Positions 1 to 17,539 of a DNA stretch of 64,000 nt are shown here, piece after piece. Position numbers and translations under genes: made by a program. The notes beneath the pieces are model-generated. The model searched no databases. It had not been told where the DNA came from and saw only the letters and a list, made by a program, of their open reading frames with translations. Position 1 is the first letter of the stretch; every line of letters begins with the position of its first letter. Source of the DNA: Eledone cirrhosa (taxonomy: Eukaryota); assembly GCA_964016885.1 (NCBI GenBank), contig OZ024742.1, positions 340,194,001 to 340,258,000 on the forward strand, written 5' to 3'.

Positions 1-425
<425 letters not shown>

Positions 426-947
426 ATTTGAGGAATATTGGAAAGCAAATGCAAATACAAACAACGTAAACATCAAAACAAAATAGACCTAAGTACAGTG
501 AAATCCCTGAAATATTTAACAACATTTTTCATAGTTTAGTAAATCTTGGAGAAATATTTACTTTAAATCTAAAGGTTTATATATTAAATGATCTTTACTC
601 AGAGACAGAGATAAACACAAGTCTTTAATGCGTAACTGATGTTCATACGAATGCTTTTAGTGATTGAGTCAGCCAGTCAGCCAGTCAATAGTTCAAAAGA
701 CCAAGAGTGGTCTGTATACTAAATAGGCAATGCTTCAATTATTGCTTATGAAGTCATGACCGACTTTAAATACTTGTGGATAATATAACAACAGCGTTCT
801 TCTCCCCTCCAGTCCACCCCACTACACAGCACACCATACCACTGTACACCACACCATACTATGGCGGTCCTATATATAATAACAGTGCACAATTTTTCAT
901 CAATTTATCCATAACGTGAGTGTTCAGTGGACCGAAAAGGAACGTTG

Positions 948-989
<42 letters not shown>
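948..989 (+). repeat. (ATT)n tract immediately 5' of Tx1-like LINE copy A
   Basis: About 14 ATT units ending where the element's unique sequence begins. Confidence 0.95.
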
Positions 990-1322
990 GAGTCTGAACG
1001 GACGTCTTTTTGCTCGCTCCCGTAAGTTTATTTATTTATCTGTCAAAACTTATTTATTGAATTTTTGTTGTTGTGTAAGGCATACAAGCCCTTGGAATTT
1101 GCCCTGTGAAGGGGAAAGAATAATATTTGGACCTTTTGGCCCAAATATTTGAACTCTTTTGCATTTAAAAAAAAATTATCGAAAAAAAAACAAAAAAAAA
1201 AACGTGGCTGAGCCACGCCCCCAGCGATATATCTGCTGTCTTGCGACAACGACGTAAAAGTTGAGAGGAGCGCTACAGCAAAATTAATAGAAATTGATAC
1301 AACAAACACCACTACAAACAAT

Positions 1323-3174
1323 GTGAACAAAGACAGCAATGATAACAACACTGAGAACTCTAATTTTGAAAAAAATGACAGTAACAGCGACAACGAAAAT
1401 ACAGATAACAGAAATAATGACAAATGCAACAACAATATCAACACCACTAACATGAAAACAAACAGCGACAACACCAACAGCAACAATACCAACTGCACCG
1501 AGAACAACGGCGGCACCAAAGACAATAATGATAACAGCGACAGTGATAACAACAACGCCAACAAGAACAACGACAACAACAACAACACACCCAACGACAA
1601 CAAGAAGAAGACTTTCGCTGCGGCAGCAGAAAAAAAGAGGCCATGCTTCAACATGGACCTCTCAAACAAAGATGAAAAGTTGGCCCAGGCCTGGAAGCTC
1701 ATCAAGCAAGATAAAACCTGGGCCAACTTAACAGTCCCGGTAGAAGCTATTGAGCCAGTGGAGCGCAGAACGGTGCATTATAGATGCATCTCAGCACAAA
1801 CCAAAAGGGCAGCTTTAATTCCACAAGCAGTTGTCGAAGTCGCGCTGAGGTGCATCAGAGATGACACTGAATACATAGCGAGAAGCAGACAGTACGGCAC
1901 CATTTCGGTGCTGTTCAAGTCAGAAACCCTCGCTATGAAACACACTATGACTCCTTGCAAAACCAGCAAGGTAATAATGTACCCCTCCCACATGGGAAAA
2001 AGAACCGCATTCCCAGAATCCCACCAGGACTTGACATGTGGTTGATTCTGGCATGTGTGATTGTGGAGGGGACGGATACCGTCCCGATAGTAGTGACAAG
2101 AACGGCCAGAGAGGACTGGTCCGGAGTTGACCTGGAGATCCTTCTCCAGATCAGACCCGAGAATCTGAAGTCAATCCCGGACCACATCCGCATTCAGAAT
2201 AGGACAGTCATTCATATTATGACCGAGGCCAAAAGACCGCATTGTTTTGTTTGTGGGGAAAAAAACCATTTGCGAGCCTTCTGCCCTCAACTGCTGAAAG
2301 ATGCAAGGGGTCGAAGGGCTCCACTGTTGCCGAGACCAGGGTGAGGACCACAACCAACATCAGCACCGGCAAAACCACCAACAACAACACCAATAGAAAG
2401 GTCACCACCAACATTGACCACCCAGGGGGGAAACGAGGAAAGTTGTCCAAGTCCCCCTCCCACCAAAAATACACACATCAATTAAAAAAAAACACACATA
2501 CAGACACACTTACAGACACAGACCCCTCATCTACCAGTAGTGAAGATGAGGGAAAACCCAAATTCCCCAAAATACAAAAAAGGAAACACAAAAAGAAAAA
2601 AAAATCTCAACTAAGCACAAAATCACCCACAATAAAACACGCAGACACACCCACGCAAACATCTCCCCAATAACACCAATATCAACACCACCATCACCAT
2701 CACCAGAATCCCCCAAACGCAAACAACCTAAACAGACGGAAGAACAAATATACACACAAACATCTGAAACCACAGACACCGCACTCACAACAAACACAGA
2801 CACAACCGAAACAACACCAGCAATACCATCACCACCACAACCACACAAACAAATAAAATCACACCAACAAAACATACAAAACTTCGTGCTCGTCAGGAGG
2901 GCTAACAAGGAACTGATGGCCTCGTAGCACGAAGTGAAAATATACAAAAAGAGGGGAAATTTTAAAATCGAGCACATTTCGCGTGCCGGAAGATTTGTTT
3001 CTGGTGCGAATGTCGCTCGATTTATACAAAGAAATACGAGACAGCTTTCCTCGGGACTTGGGAACCCCGAACGTAAAACCCACTTCAAGAATTTTAAAGG
3101 GTTTCGCAAAAGAAACCCCACCAACTATGGAGGTCGAACCACCCGACCTTCGCAAGAGCCCGGAAGGTAAGTAA
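1323..3174 (+). pseudogene. ORF1 (gag-like) of copy A, frameshifted
   Basis: Asn-rich N-terminus, 'TFAAAA' motif, zinc knuckle HCFVCGEKNHLRAFC (CX2CX4HX4C), Thr/Pro/Lys-rich linker; homologous to ORF1 of copy C. Confidence 0.85.
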
Positions 3175-3205
3175 ACCTTACTTCTCTCTATTTTAACTTG
3201 CCAAC

Positions 3206-6200
3206 ATGGCCGTATTAAGAGTAGATAGTTTAAATGTTCGAGGCCTGGGATCGTCCTGGAAGCAGGGTCATCTGCTCAACGACCTCAGGTCTCTAGAAAT
3301 GGATGTAATTGCCGTCAGCGAGACCAGCATTTTCGACACGCGCGCACTAGCCCCCATTTTCGACGACTATCAGATCTTTGCATCTGTTAGTCGGCCGGGA
3401 ATGGGAGGCGGGGTGGCTGTTTAGGAAAGGCCTGGATCTCGAGGTAAGGTCGATCTTCGGGAACCCGGACGGGAAGTTGGTGGTCCTGGACGTGAACAAT
3501 AACGAAGGTGGTGCCTTTAGACTGGTGGCCGACTGGAAGCCTTTCTGGGTACGTTTCGCCCTTTACTGTTAGCGGAGGAATGGAACGGCATCTTAGACGC
3601 ACGCTGGGACTGTGTGGAAGTATCCGATAGGAGCGGAGGGTGCAAAAGCTTCAAGAACCTGATCAGCCAGTTCCAACTGTCTGACACGTACGAACTAGAT
3701 TTCCATAATGCGCCAGTGTGGACCTGAACTAACCGCATAGGGTCATCTAGATTGTATATAGACAGGATATTCATTAGAGAAATAGACAGAAATAGTGTAA
3801 GCTGTCCACGTTTTAAAATGGTCGTCTATTCAGATCACAAGTTTGTGATCTGTATGGTCGACCTAGATAAGACGCGTAAAACCTGGTTACTGGAAGCTAA
3901 ACATTAGACGAGGCTATTGGTAGTGGCATTGCAACTAACGTGCTAGCGGCGAGAATGGCATTAGACCATTTCTTCTATGCGAAACACGGGCTCTGAGAAA
4001 TGAGGGAACCAAAGCTGTTCGATGGGCTCGCGTGGCAGAGGCGCAGCGTGGTAATAAAACCACGATTCGGTCTTTGACTGACCAAGACGGACACGATCTG
4101 AGCGATTCCAAGCGGATGTGTGAGGCCTTTCGCCAACATTTTGCTCGGTTGTTCGGGGGAAGTGGCGGCTCAGATAGAGTAACGGATTTCAGTCCCTACT
4201 TCGATGGCTTGCCGCAACTCTCGACGGCCGACGCTGGGCGCTGCGAAAGGCCAATTACTTCAGCCGAGATTCAGGATGCCCTTGTTGGCTGCATGAGGCG
4301 CAAGTCACCCGGTTTGGATGGTTTGCCCTATGAGTTTTATGTAAATACGCCAGACTTGTTCTCCAATCTCCTCGAAGCGTTCTACTGCTACTGGCAGCAG
4401 AACGGGAGCATTCCCAGTTCTGTGAGCCGGGGCGTAGTGACGCTGATAAGGAAAGACGAGAACAAGAGGGACACATTAGACAATTTCAGGCCCATAACTC
4501 TGCTCAACACAGAGTTTAAGATTTTGGCCAGGGTGTTAGCGAAGAGGTTGGCGCTTGTCGTCGGGGATTTGGTTGGGGAGGCGCAAACATTCGCAATCCC
4601 AACCAGGTCCATACACGGCAACATCCACCTAATGCGATACATCATAGAGAGGGTAGGGTGTAGACCTGGCTTCAGAGGAGCTCTGATCAATTTAGATCAA
4701 TTGAAAGCATTCGATAGGGTCGACCATCGGTACCTGGAGGCTGTCCTCAAGGCGGCTGGCTTCGGTCCCGTCTTCAGAAGCTGGATCGCTGCAATGCACA
4801 GCGGCACCTGCTCGGTGGTCAAAATTAATGGCCACCTCTCGGACTCGTTTCTGGTCTCCCGATCGGTACGTCAACGGTGCCCTCTCTCCTCCCTTCTGTA
4901 CGTATTGACTCTCGAGCCTTTACTGCTGGAGCTGTTGCAGGGCATCCCGCTCGAACCGGGACGTGGAAAGGCTGTGTCGGCTTATGCGGACGGCATCACC
5001 GTGATGGTGTTGGACACCTCAGAAATCGAGGTGGTCGGCAACTTATTGGAGGAATATGAAAGGTTGACGGGAGCAAAACTTAACCCGGCAAAAACGGTGG
5101 GCTTGCAACTCGGCACCTGGAGAGGCAAGTCCATGCCGTCCAACAGCGTCGCTAGGCGCTGGACGAACGGACCGGTAAAGTTGCTCGGGGTTTGGTTCGG
5201 GCCAGACCTCCAGATGGATAAGAATTGGGATGAGGTGACGAGTAGGGTAGCCAGTCTCACACGGAAATGGGCTGGGAGGAAGCTATGAAAGTTCGGCGGA
5301 GGTGGTGAACGCGTACATCGCGTCCTTCATCTACTACTGTCTGACTGTCATCCCTTGTCCCCGTTCGCGCTTCGCCATCTTGGAGCGGCTCCTCTTCAAA
5401 TTCTTGTGGAGGGGTCATGTTCCGCTGGTGAGACGGTCCATCTGCTGCCAGCACCCTCTACGTGGAGGGCTGGGCATGCCGTGGCTAATGATGCGCAGAA
5501 ACATGCTGGGCTGCGGCATCTCCAGATATTCTGCCTAAACGGTGAACAGGTGTGGTCGCCGTTTGTCAGACGGGCCTTTCCGCAGCTCGTTTCTTTGACT
5601 GAGCTGCAGTCCTGGGTCAAGAAGAGACCGAGACTGGGTGACTGGCACCTGGAATGTTGCCAGGCACTCACTGCCCTCTACCAGGCGGGCAATACGGTCA
5701 GTGGAACTTCCACTCTCGAGTTCTATAGAGGATTAGTGGTGGGCAAGTGCGACGGCGCACTCGGAGAGGCTCTGGGAGTCGACAAAGTCGAACTAACCAG
5801 TCTGTTCCGGAGGACTTTCGAGCCGGGGACGATGGATAATTTCCAAAAATCCTTCGCTTGGCAGTGCTACCGGGGGTAGCACTGCCGGTTCGAGATAAAC
5901 TCTACAGGCACGGAAGTGCTGTCAGACGGACCTGCCCGAGATACGCGCACACACTCGTCCAGTGTCCCTGCATTACTGACTTGTGGAGTCATGTCGAACA
6001 GCTGTTATCGCGTGTAGAACGGATCAGGCTATCGGCCTAGTCCATAGTGAAGTCGACTCGCCGCCTTCTTTTGGCCAGGAAGGGCAGAAAATTTTCCTCT
6101 GTCTGGTGGCAGTAGCGAAAAAGGTTGTATGGTGGACGAGGTTGAAAGGACTGAAGACAGACACTTTTTTCTTTGGCCAATCCCTCATCAACTTTTTCAA

Positions 6201-6342
6201 GTTTCACTTGGAAAGGAAGGTGTGGGTGGAGAGAGAATTGTTGCCCCCCCCCCCCCCCCCCCCCAGTACATTTGCTGAAAGGTGGGTGAATGTGGCGAGA
6301 ATGGCCCGTGTGAGTGAGCCTACTCTGGTCATGCGCCTGTAG
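3206..6342 (+). pseudogene. ORF2 (APE endonuclease + reverse transcriptase) of copy A, disrupted
   Basis: SLNVRGL...DVIAVSET (APE); KSPGLDGLPYEFY, NFRPITLLN, LDQLKAFDRVDH, RQRCPLS, YADG (mutated YADD), VKLLGVWF; several frameshifts and stops. Confidence 0.93.
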
Positions 6343-6610
6343 GTGGGTAAATTTGAGGAGGAGAGGGGTGCCCTTCCAGGGTGCTCTCGAAGCGTCGGGT
6401 CGTTCAGGATTGGTGGGGTACCTGAACGAACACTGGGTGGCCATCACCCCTATTGGGTAATTTTTCTTGTATTTTTCTTGTTACTTTGTTATTGTTATTC
6501 ATATTGTTTATTCGATTTTTCTGTAAAACCCCACTGTCCCAGTCTTTTGTATTGTCCCCTATATGTCGGCCCTTGTGGCCAATAAATGACATCATTATTA
6601 TTATTATTGC

Positions 6611-7060
6611 TTAGTGTCTCGACAGAACATCTCAAATCGCTCCGTAAGTTTGTTCTGTTTTCACAGTTTTTACAAACTATTGTATTGAACATTTGTGACT
6701 GTTTTGTACATAAACTGACCAGTATCTCCGTGAGCTGGTTAGCTTCGCTCTATTTGTAGCCCTTAGGGACTAAGTCTGTGTTAGTTTATCAATCATGCCC
6801 CTCAATGAAGGCTGACAAATATTTTGCGGAATAGCCGGTTGTCCATAGAATGGAACAGCCAAAATTCAGTAACCATTGTCAACAACAACAACAATAGCTC
6901 CAATACTAGTAGCAACATTAAAAGTAACGTCAATGACAACAGCAACCAAATCTTAGTATCTCGTGCTACAGCCATACATGAAATAGACATCTCACCTCTG
7001 TTAATGTCTGCCAGTGTGAACAGCGCCGCCCCCACCGTAACGACAGTAAATACAGTCTGA
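6611..7060 (+). mobile_element. Probable 5' end of another related LINE, head-to-tail after copy A
   Basis: Start resembles copy A's 5' end (shared TCGCTCC(C)GTAAGTTT) and is followed by an Asn/Ser-rich reading frame like the ORF1 N-terminus. Confidence 0.45.
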
Positions 7061-7089
7061 CCCTCTACCGATACTGCCAATCAACCGTA

Positions 7090-7260
7090 GAAATATTACC
7101 CTCAATAGTTTATAACGCTTATATTCGCCTAACTTCGACACCTTTCAAATTACGCTATAATAACCATACACAAAAATTCCGGAACTCGATAAGAAAGAAT
7201 GAAATTTCCCTCTCAGAATATATTTAGGATTTAAAGAATAGAAATATTAACGGCACATTC
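7090..7260 (+). mobile_element. Penelope-like element GIY-YIG endonuclease fragment
   Basis: Manual translation FKLRYNNHTQKFRNSIRKNEISLSEYI*DLKNRNIN parallels FKQRLYMHTHSFRYPLRRNMTSLSAYIWSLKDNH in the 63146-63820 ORF. Confidence 0.75.
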
Positions 7261-8110
7261 ACATCGAGTAACGTATCAATCTTTGTGCCTCCATCTCACG
7301 CTTCCCAGGATACGTCACAGGTGCATCACCAGTTTTTGCGGCATGAAATGGAGTCTGTAATATATTTTTTAAACGGCCCCTTTACCTAAACCCTGAAAGT
7401 GTCCCTTGTTAACCCGCGCGAAGGACGATGTGGAATAGATGGTTTTTTTTCCTTTCACCATATTACAGTTTTGGTGGTCTCATTCATGCCAGTCCCCAAT
7501 TGGGTAATTTTCTCAAGCCTAGGCATTGTTTTAGAGGTGGCTCATCATAATTTCATCACTGGGTTCTGAGAGTTTTCTTGGGAGCTACAATTGTCAGCCA
7601 TTACTCCAACTCCCCTAGTAATTTACCGCTGTTGGTCCTGAGTTGTTTATTCGTCCAATAGCTGCCCGCATACATCGCAATTACCCATCAAATATGGTGG
7701 GTGTATCGCTGTACGACACCTGCGACCCGTTCTCTAGCAGAACAACTCTGCCGACAATGAATAAATAAAGACATAAATAAATAAGTAAATATACGGAATT
7801 AATCACCTGCAAAATTATGGAATCTTTGAAATATAAACAAATTATTGTATATTTAAAAAAAAAATCAATCTAACGAAATATTCTAAAATAGAATATATAT
7901 TTATTTATAAACCAACTTTTAATACGAGATATCTATATTTATCTGTAAACCAAACGTTAAAATAAAATATCTATACTTAGAAACCAAATTTAATAATCAA
8001 TAATTCTCCTATGATGTATTTATATTCTTTCACTGATAACTTTTTTAATATTTATGCTGATTGTAGCAATGAATATGTATTTGATCTGTAGTATGTTTAT
8101 GTATGTATAT

Positions 8111-8174
8111 CTGACGGTGCCCCAGCATGGCACCAGCCAATCGTCTGGAACAGGTTAAAAGAGTAAAAGAGAAT
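8111..8174 (+). mobile_element. SINE-like 3' tail fragment
   Basis: CCCCAGCATGG...GGAACAGGT(T)AAAA-AGT-AAAGAG; a second copy lies on the minus strand at about 25912-25968. Confidence 0.5.
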
Positions 8175-12600
<4,426 letters not shown>

Positions 12601-13009
12601 ATTGATTATGGTCTGGAGTTTCTTTGTACATGAGGGGAAAATGCTGGAGGATCATAACTAGGAACCCATGATCAAAGGCCTGCTCGTTCAATGCCCACTT
12701 GCTATAAATAGCAGCCAAATCTTCTTCCAATGATACCTTATTCCTCTTTGAAAATGATAAGTTGAATAATACGCTACTGTATTCCCTGCGCTTAGGAAAA
12801 CTATGAGATGGCCATGGTTGGAATGCATTAGATCACAGGTTTTCTATATAAAATGTTTGACCTGGTTAAAAGGGTAGCAAGATCAATTAATCATTAAACG
12901 CAGCAGCAACAGCAGCAACATCATCATCATCACAAACAACAAATATTTCTGCAAAATATCGATCTATTCCATATTTGGTTAAAACGTGTTCGATTTATGA
13001 TTGTAAGCA

Positions 13010-16000
13010 GGGTATTACTGGACATGTGTCCTTGAACAAGACGTTACTGGGCATGTGTCCTTGAACCAGGCATTACTGGACATGTGTCCTTGAACCTGAC
13101 ATTACTAGACATGTGTCCTTGAACCAGGCATTACTGGACATGTGTCCTTGAACCTGACACTACTAGACATGTGTCCTTGAACCAGACATTACTGGGCATG
13201 TGTCCTTGAACCAGACATTACTGGGCATGTGTCCTTGAACCAGGCATTACTGGACATGTGTCCTTGAACCAGACATTACTAGACATGTATCCTTGAACCA
13301 GACGTTATTGGGCATGTGTCCTTGAACAAGACATTACTAGACATGTGTCCTTGAACCAGGTATTACTGGACATGTGTCCTTGAACAAGACATTACTGGGC
13401 ATGTGTCCTTGAACCTGACATTACTAGACATGTGTCCTTGAATCAGACATTACTGGACATGTGTCCTTGAACCAGGCATTACTGGACATGTGTCCTTGAA
13501 CCTGACATTACTAGACATGTGTTTTTGAACCAGACATTACTGGGCATGTGTCCTTGAACCTGACATTACTAGACATGTGTCCTTGAACCAGACATTACTG
13601 GACATGTGTCCTTGAACCAGACATTACTAGACATGCGTCCTTGAACCAGACATTACTGGACATGTGTCCTTGAACCAGGCATTACTGGACATGTGTCCTT
13701 GAACCAGACATTACTAGACATGTGTCCTTGAACCAGACATTACTGGACATGTGTCCTTGAACCAGACATTACTAGACATGTGTCCTTGAACCAGACATTA
13801 CTGGACATGTGTCCTTGAACCAGACATTACTAGACATGTGTCCTTGAACCAGATATTACTGGACATGTGTGCTTAAATCATACATTACTGGACATGTGTC
13901 CTTGAACCAGACATTACTGGACATGTGTCCTTGAACCAGACATTACTGGACATGTGTCCTTGAACCAGACATTACTGGACATGTGTCCTTGAACCAGGCA
14001 TTACTGGACATGTGTCCTTGAACCAGACATTACTGGATATATGTCCTTGAACCAGACATTACTAGACATGTGTCCTTGAACCAGATATTACTGGACATGT
14101 GTCCTTGAACCAGACATTACTAGACATGTGTCCTTGAACCAGACATTACTGGACATGTGTCCTTGAACCAGACATTACTGGGCATGTATCCTTGAACCAG
14201 ACTTACTGGACATGTGTCCTTGAACCAGACATTACGGGACATGTGTCCTTGAACCAGACATTACTAGACATGTGTCCTTGAACCAGATATTACTGGACAT
14301 GTGTCCTTGAAGCAGACATTACTAGACATGTGTCCTTGAACCAGACATTACTGGACATGTGTCCTTGAACCAGACATTACTGGGCATGTATCTTTGAACC
14401 AGACATTACTAGACATGTGTCCTTGAACCAGACATAACTGGACATGTGTCCTTGAACCAGACATTACTGGACATGTGTCCTTGAAACAGACATTACTGGA
14501 CATGCGTCCTTGAACCAGACATTACTGGACATGTGTCCTTGAAACAGACATTACTGGGCATGTATCTTTGAACCAGACATTACTAGACATGTGTCCTTGA
14601 ACCAGACATTACTGGACATGTGTCCTTGAACCATACATTACTGGACATGTGTCCTTGAAACAGACATTACTGGACATGTGTCCTTGAACCAGACATTACT
14701 GGACATGTGTCCTTGAACCAGACATTACTGGACATGTGTCCTTGAACCAGGCATTACTGGACATGTGTCCTTGAACCAGACATTACTGGACATGTGTCCT
14801 TGAACCAGACATTACTGGACATGTGTCCTTGAACCAGACATTACTTGACATGTATCCTTGAACCAGACATTACTAGACATGTGTCCTTGAACCAGACATT
14901 ACTGGACATGTGTCCTTGAACCAGACATTACTAGACATGTATCCTTGAACCAGACATGACTGGACATGTGTCCTTGAACCAGACATTACTGGACATGTGT
15001 CCTTGAACCAGACATTACTGGGAATGTGTCCTTGAACCAGACATTACTGGACATGTGTCCTTGAACCAGACATTACTGGACATGTATCCTTGAACCAGAC
15101 ATTACTAGACATGTGTCCTTGAACCAGACATTACTGGACATGTGTCCTTGAACCAGACATTACTAGACATGTGTCCTTGAACCAGACATTACTGGACATG
15201 TGTCCTTGAACCAGACATTACTGGACATGTGTCCTTGAACCAGACATTACTGGACATGTGTCCTTGAACCAGACATTACTGGACATGTATCCTTGAACCA
15301 GACATTACTAGACATGTGTCCTTGAACCAGACATTACTGGACATGTGTCCTTGAACCAGACATTACTGGACATGTATCCTTGAACCAGACATTACTGGAC
15401 ATGTGTCCTTGAACCAAACATTACTAGACATGTGTCCTTGAACCAGACATTACTGGACATGTGTCCTTGAACCAGACATTACTGGACATGTGTCCTTGAA
15501 CCAGACATTACTGGACATGTATCCTTGAACCAGACATTACTAGACATGTGTCCTTGAACCAGACATTACTGGACATGTGTCCTTGAACCAGACATTACTA
15601 GACATGTGTCCTTGAACCAGACATTACTGGACATGTGTCCTTGAACCAGACATTACTAGACACGTATCCTTGAACCAGACATTACTGGACATGTGTCCTT
15701 GAACCAGACATTACTAGACATGTGTCCTTGAACCAGACATTACTGGACATGTGTCCTTGAACCAGACATTACTGGACATGTGTCCTTGAACCAGACATTA
15801 CTGGACATGTGTCTTTGAACCAGACATTACTGGACATGTATCCTTGAACCAGACATTACTAGACATGTGTCCTTGAACCAGACATTACTGGACATGTGTC
15901 CTTGAACCAGACATTACTGGACATGTGTCCTTGAACCAAACATTACTGGACATGTGTCCTTGAACCAGACATTACTAGACATGTGTCCTTGAACCAGACA

Positions 16001-17298
16001 TTACTGGACATGTATCCTTGAACCAGACATTACTAGACATGTGTCCTTGAACCAGACATTACTGGACATGTGTCCTTGAACCATACATTACTGGACATGT
16101 GTCCTTGAACCAGACATTACTAGACATGTGTCCTTGAACCAGACATTACTGGACATGTATCCTTGAACCAGACATTACTAGACATGTGTCCTTGAACCAG
16201 ACATTACTGGACATGTATCCTTGAACCAGACATTACTAGACATGTGTCCTTGAACCAGACATTACTGGACATGTGTCCTTGAACCAGACATTACTGAACA
16301 TGTGTCCTTGAACCAGACATTACTAGACATGTGTCCTTGAACCAGACATTACTGGACATGTATCCTTGAACCAGACATTACTAGACATGTGTCCTTGAAC
16401 CAGACATTACTGGACATGTATCCTTGAACCAGACATTACTAGACATGTGTCCTTGAACCAGACATTACTGGACATGTGTCCTTGAACCAGACATTACTGG
16501 ACATGTGTCCTTAAACCAGACATTACTAGACATGTGTCCTTGAACCAGACATTACTGGACATGTATCCTTGAACCAGACATTACTAGACATGTGTCCTTG
16601 AACCAGACATTACTGGACATGTATCCTTGAACCAGACATTACTAGACATGTGTCCTTGAACCAGACATTACTGGACATGTGTCCTTGAACCAGACATTAC
16701 TGGACATGTGTCCTTGAACCAGACATTACTAGACATGTGTCCTTGAACCAGACATTACTGGACATGTATCCTTGAACCAGACATTACTAGACATGTGTCC
16801 TTGAACCAGACATTACTGGACATGTATCCTTGAACCAGACATTACTAGACATGTGTCCTTGAACCAGACATTACTGGACATGTGTCCTTGAACCAGACAT
16901 TACTGGACATGTGTCCTTGAACCAGACATTTCTGGGCATGTGTCCTTGAACCAGACATTACTGGATATGTGTCCTTGAACCAGACATTACTGGGCATGTG
17001 TCCTTGAACCAGACATTACTAGACATGTGTCCTTGAATCAGACATTACTTGACATGTGTCCTTGAACCAGACCCTGCTGACATTGTCCTTGAACCAGACA
17101 TTGCTGGACATGTGTCCTTGAAACAGACACTGCTGGACATGTGCATTGAATCAGACATTGCTAGACATGTGCCCTTGAACCAGACACTGCTGGACATGTG
17201 CCCTTGAACCACACACTGCTGGAAATTGTCCTTGAACCAGACATTGCTGTACACGTGTCCTTGAAACAGACACTGCTGGACATTGTCCCTGAACCAGA
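13010..17298 (+). repeat. 29-bp tandem satellite (about 148 copies), unit CCAGACATTACTGGACATGTGTCCTTGAA
   Basis: Contiguous homogeneous array without spacers; more diverged at both ends; internal inverted repeat GGACA-TG-TGTCC. Confidence 0.97.
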
Positions 17299-17480
17299 AC
17301 CTACTCGATGTTGTGTCCTTGAACGCTATTTGTCATTGCCACAGTCCACTCAGCTGGCAAATATGAGTTGCACCTGTTGATCAAAGCACCATTCAAGTTA
17401 CACACTGTGTCAAATGGAAGGTCTCTCGTAAAGATACACGTGTCTGTGTAATGCTTCCACATTCGCAACTTAATTTCACT
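17290..17480 (+). mobile_element. 3' part of a family-B SINE that hosts the satellite (head at about 12975-13000)
   Basis: GTTGTGTCCTTGAA...CAGTCCACTCAGCTGGCAAATATGAG aligns to family-B SINE bodies (reverse complement of 45100-45180; 49933-49985); the tail resembles 47820-47890. Confidence 0.6.
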
Positions 17481-17539
17481 TGTAGGCTGTCAGGATTTTC
17501 GAATAACTAGAACATTTGTCTTCAGAAGAGAGGTCAAGC

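Larger units (their letters stand above)
990..6609 (+). mobile_element. Tx1/L1-clade non-LTR retrotransposon, copy A (near full length, decayed)
   Basis: ORF1 remnants with a CCHC knuckle, ORF2 remnants with APE and RT motifs, 3' UTR ending GGCCCTTGTGGCC-AATAAA and an (ATT)n tail. Confidence 0.93.

Noticed and set aside
1043-1726. 227-aa hydrophobic minus-strand ORF
   Set aside because: Antisense of the Asn-rich (AAC) LINE ORF1 region.
13010-17298. CRISPR-like array (29-bp partly palindromic repeat)
   Set aside because: Units are contiguous with no unique spacers, there are no cas genes, and the context is eukaryotic.
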